The position numbers and the translations under genes were made by a program. Of a DNA stretch of 64,000 nucleotides, positions 57,419 to 64,000 are shown in pieces (position 1 is the first letter of the stretch; every line of letters starts with the position of its first letter). The stretch lies in assembly GCA_964590435.1 (NCBI GenBank), contig CAZPWT010000045.1, forward strand, positions 31,027-95,026. The letters are read 5' to 3'. This stretch comes from an uncultured Planctomycetia bacterium. GTDB taxonomy: Bacteria; Planctomycetota; MHYJ01; WSZJ01. Below the pieces are notes generated by a model. The model had not been told where the DNA came from and ran no database searches. It worked only from the letters and a program-made list of their open reading frames with translations.

Positions 57419-58293
57419 TTCTTCTCGCCCGCCTTCGGGGCGCCCTCGTCCTTCACCGGCTCCGGCCCCTTCTGGTCCGGCACCGCCTCGTCGATGTCCT
57501 TCCACTCCTTGGCGATCTTCGCCGCGTACTCCTTGTCCGCCTCTTCCTCCACCTTCGTCATCTCCTTCAGCGCGGCCTCGTCGGGGACCTCGATCGCGAG
57601 GACGACCTTGGTGCCGCGCGGCGGAAGGGCGTCGAAGTTCGGGTGGAGCATGCGATCGTCGCCGCCGGAGGTGAGCGGGTTGTCGATGACGGACGTGGGG
57701 TCGTGCAGCGTCGCGATGAGCGTGCGCTCGCGGTTCGCCATGTAGATCGTCTCGCCGGTTTTCTGGTTCGTGTCGGGGTCGATGCGTTCCCACACCGTGC
57801 TCCCCGCGAACGTCCAGCCGGCGCGCGGCATCGTCCGCTTCGCCGCCGGCGGCCCGTAGGTCAGCAGATCCTCGGCGCGAACGCGGACCTTCTTGCCGTC
57901 CGCTTCCCACTCGACCCAGATCGCGATCCGGTCGCCGACCGGCTTGGCCGGGTCGCCGAGCGCCTCGGGGCCTTTCTTGTCCGGGTAGTCCGACTTCTGC
58001 TTGAGGCCGAAAATGAGGAGGGCGAAGTGGACGTCCTGGGGGATGCACTCAAGGGAGATGACGGCCTCGTGTTCCTTCCCGTTGGTGGCGCAGGCGAAGA
58101 GTTCGATCGGGGCGCGGGTGGGGTAGACGGCGACGCCGTCGATCTCGATGCGTTTGCGGGCGGGGTAAGCGCGGCCGCCACCGGGGAATTTGATGACTTT
58201 TTCGGCGGGGGGCGTGGGCTCGGGCTTGGGTTCTTCGGCGTTGGCACAGAAGAGCAACGTGGCGAGAAAGAAGGCGGAAAGGATGCGGGTCAT
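57415..58293 (-). CDS. YdjY-domain secreted protein
   Basis: Signal peptide; IELFAC...GKEHEA, VH.ALL..GL, W.F.GS, TLHDP motifs. Confidence 0.7.
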   Translation of the reverse strand: MTRILSAFFLATLLFCANAEEPKPEPTPPAEKVIKFPGGGRAYPARKRIEIDGVAVYPTRAPIELFACATNGKEHEAVISLECIPQDVHFALLIFGLKQKSDYPDKKGPEALGDPAKPVGDRIAIWVEWEADGKKVRVRAEDLLTYGPPAAKRTMPRAGWTFAGSTVWERIDPDTNQKTGETIYMANRERTLIATLHDPTSVIDNPLTSGGDDRMLHPNFDALPPRGTKVVLAIEVPDEAALKEMTKVEEEADKEYAAKIAKEWKDIDEAVPDQKGPEPVKDEGAPKAGEKK

Positions 58294-58474
58294 CGTGGGA
58301 CTCCGTTGGGTGTTCCGGTGGGAACGGGGCGTCGAAGGTGAGGTTCGGGGGAAGTGGATTGCAAGGCGCAGGCCCGACGGAAGCGGCAATCGGATACGTA
58401 AAGCGTTTTGATATAACACTTTAAGTATGTATCATTATGAAATAGTCGATCTGAAACGCTGTATTGGCGATTTT

Positions 58475-59098
58475 CTAATCAGCCTGCTCTTCCCGTGCCA
58501 CTCGACGCCGAAACAACGCCTGGTCCTCACCCATCTGCATCAGCACCTTTCCGACCACGAAATCCGCGACGTCCTCCACGGTTTTCGGCAGGTGGTAGAA
58601 CCCCGGCATCGCGGGCAGCACGCACGCCCCGGCCCTCGCCACCCGCGCCATGTTCTCGATCGCGATCAGCGACAGGGGCGTCTCCCGCACGACGAGGATC
58701 AGGTTCCGCCGCTCTTTCAACTGCACGTCCGCCCCGCGCTCGATCAGGGTCGTTCCCGACCCCGCCGCGATCCGCCCCAGCGTCCCCATGCTGCACGGGA
58801 TCACCACCATCGCGTCCACCACGTACGATCCGCTCGCGAACGACGCCCCGATGTCCTCCAGCGCTTCGTAGCGGAAATTCTTCGGCGCCTCGCCGATCAG
58901 CCCGCGCATCACGCTCCGCCCGTCCGCGGTGTCCACGGTCTCGCCCAGCTCCTCCCGCACCACCCGCGCCCCGGCGGCGCTCATCAGCAGGTGCACCCGC
59001 GCCTTTCCCTTTGCCAGCGCACGGCAGAGCCTCCGGGCATAGATCGCCCCGCTCGCCCCCGTCACCGCCACCACGTAAGTGCGCTTCGCCACCGTCAC
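58475..59098 (-). CDS. ubiX: Flavin prenyltransferase
   Basis: VAVTGASG, FASGS, PCSMGTL, ADVQLKERR.L.LV.RETPL, PAMPGFY motifs. Confidence 0.96.
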   Translation of the reverse strand: MTVAKRTYVVAVTGASGAIYARRLCRALAKGKARVHLLMSAAGARVVREELGETVDTADGRSVMRGLIGEAPKNFRYEALEDIGASFASGSYVVDAMVVIPCSMGTLGRIAAGSGTTLIERGADVQLKERRNLILVVRETPLSLIAIENMARVARAGACVLPAMPGFYHLPKTVEDVADFVVGKVLMQMGEDQALFRRRVAREEQAD

Positions 59099-60048
59099 TC
59101 CACCGATTCCACGTCGTCAAGGAGCTGCACGGCTGGCCCCAGGAGCTGTTCCCCGACGCCGGGCGCGAGAACTCCCGGTTTCGGGTTCGGCCCGGCCGCC
59201 TGGTGCACGAACCACCGCGTGTACCGCTCGAATTCGCGCTCGTCGTCGAAGATGATCTCGTGAAGCTCCGCTCCGGAAAGGAAGTCCTTGGTGATGCGGG
59301 TCGGGAGCGCGTGAGGGAGCCGGGAGTAGAGCTCGTTGGCGAGCATGCGGAAGTTGTCCATCGACGTCTTCCGGGCGCGGGAGCCGAGGCAGTCGTAGCA
59401 GAATTCGTGGCGCACGATCCGCCAACGCGCCAGCGGCTCGAACGACCACAGGTCGATCATCCCGCGCGTCTGGTCGCGGTAAAGCGCGTCGAGTTCCTTC
59501 TTCTCCAGCTTCGGCCTCGTCCGGGCGCGCTCCTTCGCGTCCATCGCCTGCCCGTGGTCGCGCCGCAGCGCCCGCGATGCAAGCTTCCGCCTCAGATCGT
59601 CCTTCGCCTCCTGGTCGTCGATCGCCCAGATCGGCGGCAGTTCCTTGAAGTTCGAGCTCGTGAGGAACTCCTCGTACTGCGGGGTGGCCACGATGCCGAT
59701 CGACACGAAGTGGATCCGGCTCCACGGGATCGGGTCGGCCTTGCGCAGGTGGCTGGTGTGCGCGAGGAAGGCGTCCTTGTCGAGCTGCCCGCCGATGATG
59801 AAACGCTGCCGGGGGGGCGGGGCGAGTTCCGACTGGGGGACGACCGCGGTTTCGATCCCGAGCTTGTTGAGCAAACCCGACACGGTGCGGGCGCGATCGT
59901 CGTCCAGGTTTTCCTGGAAAATGCCGCGGGCGCGCCTCACGACGAGCCGCACGTCGTTCAACGTCTGCTCGAGCGCCTCGGCCAGCGGGCGAGCCACGGA
60001 CGGGACGTCGAGCCGGACATCTTTCTTGAGGACCACCGCGCTGGGCAT
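59095..60048 (-). CDS. Hypothetical protein (start ATG 60048)
   Basis: Continuous high-GC-codon ORF with TGA/GTG overlap to ubiX; TACAAT box 9 nt upstream. Confidence 0.7.
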   Translation of the reverse strand: MPSAVVLKKDVRLDVPSVARPLAEALEQTLNDVRLVVRRARGIFQENLDDDRARTVSGLLNKLGIETAVVPQSELAPPPRQRFIIGGQLDKDAFLAHTSHLRKADPIPWSRIHFVSIGIVATPQYEEFLTSSNFKELPPIWAIDDQEAKDDLRRKLASRALRRDHGQAMDAKERARTRPKLEKKELDALYRDQTRGMIDLWSFEPLARWRIVRHEFCYDCLGSRARKTSMDNFRMLANELYSRLPHALPTRITKDFLSGAELHEIIFDDEREFERYTRWFVHQAAGPNPKPGVLAPGVGEQLLGPAVQLLDDVESVE

Positions 60049-60190
60049 AAGGGGCTGATTGTATGAAGCCTTGCGGCCCGTTGCCAGCGGCGGCCCGGCG
60101 CGCGAATTTTCCCGCCGGCGCGGTTTGCCGTTATCGTGACGGCCGGTTCGCCATTGTATCCCGCCGTCGCCGTCACTCGCGGAGGTCCTC

Positions 60191-62272
60191 GTGCGCAACA
60201 CCTGGGGTCCGGTCCTGTCCGTGCTGGCACTCTCCTGGATCGCGTCGGCCGAGGAACCCGCCCCGCGCGACCTTCCCGCGGCGGACCGCGCTTCCCTCCA
60301 GATCCCCGACGAAATCTGGGACCGCGCCGTGGCCGGCACCCTCCCCTCGCGCCGGCCGCTCGGGTTCACCGGCGACGAAATGCGGAACTACGCCGGGCGC
60401 GACCACCTCCTGCGCTCCATCGAGAACCTCTTCCGCGACGCCCGCCAGGTCCCCCGCACGACGGGCCGGATCTCCGACGAGCTCCTCGCGGCCGCCAAGG
60501 CCGAAGGCCCGGGCGAGCTGTCGCAGTGGTGCTGGGGGCTCACCGACCTGCCGTCGGGACGGATGTACGCGCCGCCGCAGAAGGACGACTGGGGGCTGAA
60601 GGAAATCGAGAAGGGGCTCCCGCCGGCGAAGGCGCTCGCCGTCCTCCTGGGGCTCGAAGGCCGGAAGGCGGAGGACGCCGCCGGGTTCGAGAAGCTGCCC
60701 GAGCCGGTCCAGCGCTTCCTCGTGCGGGTCGCCATCGCACGGCACGTGGCGCTTCCGTGGCTCCGCCAGTCGATTGAAGCGCCGGCGGACGACCCGAAGG
60801 GGGAGGCGATCCGGAAGTCGCTGGTGGCGCCGTGGAACGACGGCGAGAACGACCAGGCGGCGACGCTGGACGGGCGGTGTTTCCGGTGGATGAAGGAAGT
60901 GGACCGTGCGCCGCTGGCGTACGGAGCGGCGCTGTTCCTGTCGCACATGAAGACGGCGATGGCGGAGATGAAGGAGTGGCTGGCGGCGGGAGGGCGCGAG
61001 GAGTTGGCGAAGGTGGGGGCGCTGGACTGGGGCGGCCTGGCAGGGGTTCGGGTGCTGGGGACGGCGGACGACGAGATCAGCGGGCCGCAGCCGTCGATCG
61101 TGGTGGACCTGGGCGGCAAGGACCGGTGGAAAGGGCGGCTGGCGGTGTCGAACGGCCCGATGGACCCGCTGTCGGTGGTGATCGACCTCGGGGGCGACGA
61201 CGTGTACGACGCGGGGGAGGACGAATTCGCGATGGGGTGCGGCGTGTTCGGCCTCGGCGCGATCTTCGACCTCGCGGGGAACGACAAGTACACGGTGAAG
61301 GAATCGGGGCTCGGCTGCGGTTGGTTCGGGACGGGGCTCGTCTGGGACGCTTCCGGCAACGACGACTACGTGGTGAAGAACCAGTGGGGCCAGGGCGCGG
61401 CGCACATCGGCGCGGGGATGCTCATCGACCTCGCCGGCGACGACCGGTACGAGTGCGCGCAGCAGTCGCAGGGGATGGGCTCGACGCTCGCCTGCGGCCT
61501 CCTCCTCGACCTCGAGGGAAACGACGCCTACATCTGCCGCGACGACGGCAACGTCAGCGCCCTCTACCTCAACCAGTCCGTCGCCATGGCTCAGGGCTGC
61601 GGCTACGGCCGTCGCGCCGACATCGGCGACGGCCGCTCCCTCGCCGGCGGATGGGGCTTCCTCGTCGACGGCGCCGGCAACGACCGCTACCACGCCCAGT
61701 GCTGGTCCCAGGGCTGCGGCTACTGGTGGGGCATCGGCGCCCTCGAGGACCGCTCCGGCAACGACGTCTACGAGAACGGCAAATACTCCCTCGGCGCCGG
61801 CGCCCACTACGCCATCGGCGTCCAGGTCGACCTCGCCGGCGACGACCAGTACAACGTCGGCATCACCACCACCAAGAACCAGTTCCAGGGCCACGCCCGC
61901 GACGCTTCCTTCGGCATCTCCCTCGACGGCGACGGCAACGACCGCTACAGGCTCAAGAACATGTGCGGAGGAAGCGCCGACCTCTGCAGCTTCGCGATCT
62001 TCTGGGACCGCCGCGGCGACGACGTCTACGAGTGGACGATGGACAAGGACATGGGCGACCCGCCCCCGCTCGGCTCCGCCTCCACCTATCCCCCTTCCCG
62101 CACCTTCCGCGACGAACTCCCCACCATCGGCATCTTCCTCGACACCGGCGGCAAGGACTCCTACTCCGGCGATCCCCGCGAAGCCGCCGGCGCCCGGGAC
62201 GGCGCTTCGTGGAAAGAACACCGCGGCCCGACGTCGTTCGGGTTCGGGCTGGACGAGGCGGCGTACAAATGA
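60191..62272 (+). CDS. Secreted protein with 12 DxxGxDxY repeats
   Basis: SD GGAGG, signal peptide; repeats DLGGKDRW to DTGGKDSY in the C-terminal half. Confidence 0.8.
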   Translation: MRNTWGPVLSVLALSWIASAEEPAPRDLPAADRASLQIPDEIWDRAVAGTLPSRRPLGFTGDEMRNYAGRDHLLRSIENLFRDARQVPRTTGRISDELLAAAKAEGPGELSQWCWGLTDLPSGRMYAPPQKDDWGLKEIEKGLPPAKALAVLLGLEGRKAEDAAGFEKLPEPVQRFLVRVAIARHVALPWLRQSIEAPADDPKGEAIRKSLVAPWNDGENDQAATLDGRCFRWMKEVDRAPLAYGAALFLSHMKTAMAEMKEWLAAGGREELAKVGALDWGGLAGVRVLGTADDEISGPQPSIVVDLGGKDRWKGRLAVSNGPMDPLSVVIDLGGDDVYDAGEDEFAMGCGVFGLGAIFDLAGNDKYTVKESGLGCGWFGTGLVWDASGNDDYVVKNQWGQGAAHIGAGMLIDLAGDDRYECAQQSQGMGSTLACGLLLDLEGNDAYICRDDGNVSALYLNQSVAMAQGCGYGRRADIGDGRSLAGGWGFLVDGAGNDRYHAQCWSQGCGYWWGIGALEDRSGNDVYENGKYSLGAGAHYAIGVQVDLAGDDQYNVGITTTKNQFQGHARDASFGISLDGDGNDRYRLKNMCGGSADLCSFAIFWDRRGDDVYEWTMDKDMGDPPPLGSASTYPPSRTFRDELPTIGIFLDTGGKDSYSGDPREAAGARDGASWKEHRGPTSFGFGLDEAAYK

Positions 62273-62361
62273 CGGGCTCCCCTTGAAGCGTCCCCGATTG
62301 TCCGGATAATCCCAAGCCCGCATCCGATTCAGCCTTTCGCGCGTAGCTCAGGCACTCCCCC

Positions 62362-63216
62362 ATGGCCCAACTCACGGTCGATCGTTCCCCAACGGCGGCT
62401 CCGGCGGCGCGCAGGAAGGACCGCGCCCCGCGCCTGACCGTCATGTCGGCGCTGTTCCTCGCCATCCACCTCTCCGCCGCCACGGTCCTGCTGTTCCCGT
62501 TCGCGTGGAAGTGGGTCGCGCTGGCCGCGGCGACGTATTCGATCCGGATGTTCGCGATCACCGCGGGCTACCACCGGTATTTCAGCCACCGCACCTACCG
62601 GCTGAACCGGTTCTGGCAGTTCGTGCTCGCATTCCTGGCGGAGTCGTCGGCGCAGAAGGGCGTCCTGTGGTGGGCCGCGAATCACCGCGAGCACCACCGG
62701 AAATCGGATGAGGAAGACGATCACCATTCGCCGCTCCAGGACGGGCTCTGGTGGTCGCACGTCGGCTGGTTCCTCGCCGACGATTACGACGAGTACGACC
62801 CGAAGGTCGTCGTCGACCTCGAGCGCTTCCCCGAGATCCGCTTCATCAGCCGCCACCACTGGATCCCCGCCGCCGTTCTCGGCGTCGGGATGTTCCTGGC
62901 CTTCGGCTGGCCAGGGTTCTGCTGGGGGTTCCTGCTGTCGACCCTCGTCCTCTACCACTGCACGTTCACGATCAACTCGCTCGCGCACCTCTGGGGCTCG
63001 CGCCGCTACGCGACGAAGGACGGCAGCCGGAACAACTGGTTCCTGGCGATCATCACGTTCGGTGAAGGGTGGCACAACAACCACCACCACTACCCGTACG
63101 CCGCCCGGCAGGGCGTCCGCTGGTGGGAATACGACGTCACCTTCTACGTCCTGAAACTCCTCTCCGTCGTCGGCATCGTCCGCGACCTGCGCCCCTGGCG
63201 CCCGGCCGGAGAATGA
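62362..63216 (+). CDS. Acyl-CoA (delta-9-type) fatty acid desaturase
   Basis: His boxes HRYFSH, HREHH, HNNHH; TINSLAH, GEGWHNNHH motifs. Confidence 0.93.
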   Translation: MAQLTVDRSPTAAPAARRKDRAPRLTVMSALFLAIHLSAATVLLFPFAWKWVALAAATYSIRMFAITAGYHRYFSHRTYRLNRFWQFVLAFLAESSAQKGVLWWAANHREHHRKSDEEDDHHSPLQDGLWWSHVGWFLADDYDEYDPKVVVDLERFPEIRFISRHHWIPAAVLGVGMFLAFGWPGFCWGFLLSTLVLYHCTFTINSLAHLWGSRRYATKDGSRNNWFLAIITFGEGWHNNHHHYPYAARQGVRWWEYDVTFYVLKLLSVVGIVRDLRPWRPAGE

Positions 63217-63240
63217 GCACCATGCCGAACGCCACTCCAC

Positions 63241-63298
63241 CCTTCGCCAGCCTTCGCCAGCCTCCGCCAGCCTTCCCAAGCCTTCGCCAGCCTTCTCC
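63241..63298 (+). repeat. 10-mer tandem array (CCTTCGCCAG consensus), about 6 units
   Basis: CCTTCGCCAG CCTTCGCCAG CCTCCGCCAG CCTTCCCAAG CCTTCGCCAG CCTTCTCC. Confidence 0.9.
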
Positions 63299-64000
63299 AT
63301 GAGCCGCATCGCCATCATCGGCTCGGGCATCGCCGGCCTCGCCTCCGCCTGGCTCCTCCAGCGCCGCCACGAGGTCACGCTCTACGAAAAGGAGCCCCGC
63401 CTCGGCGGCCACACCCACACGCACCGGATCGACACTCCCGACGGCCCCGTCACCGTCGACACCGGGTTCATCGTCCACAACGAATCCAACTACCCGCTCC
63501 TGTGCCGCATGCTCCGCGAGCTCGACATCCCCACCGTCGCCAGCGACATGTCCTTCGGCGTCTCCACCCGCCCCGGCGGCCTCACCTGGTGCTCCCGCGG
63601 CCTCAACGGCCTCTTCGCCCAGCGCGGCAACCTCTTCCGCCCCTCCTTCTACGCCCTCCTCCGCGAAATCGACCGTTTCAACCGCACCGCCGCGCGCCTC
63701 CTCGACGAAACCGAGGCCGACGCGTGGACGCTCGGCACCTGGCTCGGCCGCGAACGCTTCAGTTCCGACTTCTGCGAGCACTACCTGATCCCCATGGCCG
63801 CCGCCGTCTGGAGCACGGCGCCGCGCGAGATGATGAAGTTCCCCGCCGCCACGCTCGTCCGGTTCTTCCGCAATCACGGCTTCCTCGGCGTCACCACGCA
63901 GCACCCGTGGCGGACGATCCCGGGGGGATGTTCGCGCTACATCGACCCGATCGTCCGCCTGATCCGCGACCGGGTGCACGTGGGGAGGGTCGTGAAGCGG
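63299..64000 (+). CDS. FAD-dependent oxidoreductase (amine-oxidase-like, fatty-acid modification cluster type), truncated by window end
   Basis: Manual translation MSRIAIIGSGIAGLASAWLL..H.VTLYE...RLGGH..VDTGFIVHN..NYP..SDMSF..YL.PM.AAVWS; not in ORF track because no stop is in the window. Confidence 0.9.
   Translation, partial: MSRIAIIGSGIAGLASAWLLQRRHEVTLYEKEPRLGGHTHTHRIDTPDGPVTVDTGFIVHNESNYPLLCRMLRELDIPTVASDMSFGVSTRPGGLTWCSRGLNGLFAQRGNLFRPSFYALLREIDRFNRTAARLLDETEADAWTLGTWLGRERFSSDFCEHYLIPMAAAVWSTAPREMMKFPAATLVRFFRNHGFLGVTTQHPWRTIPGGCSRYIDPIVRLIRDRVHVGRVVKR

Noticed and set aside
53796-59098. ebo-type cluster suggested by ino1 with prenyl-related genes
   Set aside because: No EboA-F homologs (UbiA, TatD, xylose-isomerase-like, dehydroquinate-synthase-like) are recognisable; UbiX is a flavin prenyltransferase

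Overview
High-GC bacterial window, about 45 genes, no CRISPR, rRNA, tRNA or transposase found. The gene set (aroD-aroE fusion, DUF1570 and YdjY proteins, prenyltransferase/squalene-oxidase repeats, MoxR-DUF58-transglutaminase) suggests an uncultured Planctomycetota; this is inference. 1-17.1 kb is an aromatic amino-acid supercluster: trpEGDCFBA-aroH, aroF, tautomerase, tyrA, aroC, ridA, aroDE, aroK. The middle holds a MoxR/DUF58/transglutaminase locus, a 4-gene WXG100/FtsK (type VII-like) module, sppA, a B12 acyl-CoA mutase locus with isobutyryl-CoA-mutase residues, three tandem helical-repeat paralogs, leuS and a four-member secreted paralog family. The right end has LysR, ino1, ubiX and the start of a desaturase/FAD-oxidoreductase lipid cluster. 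Strongest items the ORF track misses: (1) an exported thioredoxin-fold selenoprotein (in-frame UGA giving UPPC, plus a SECIS-like hairpin) split into two ORFs; (2) a near-leaderless trp attenuator whose peptide carries W,W,Y,Y,F; (3) a minimal T7SS-like WXG100/FtsK module in a probable diderm; (4) unrelated intergenic tandem arrays sharing a 7-nt period, and a 10-mer insertion flanked by a duplicated ATGAGC junction; (5) kb-scale alternation of G-ending and C-ending synonymous codon blocks. All calls come from manual motif reading; no database searches were run.
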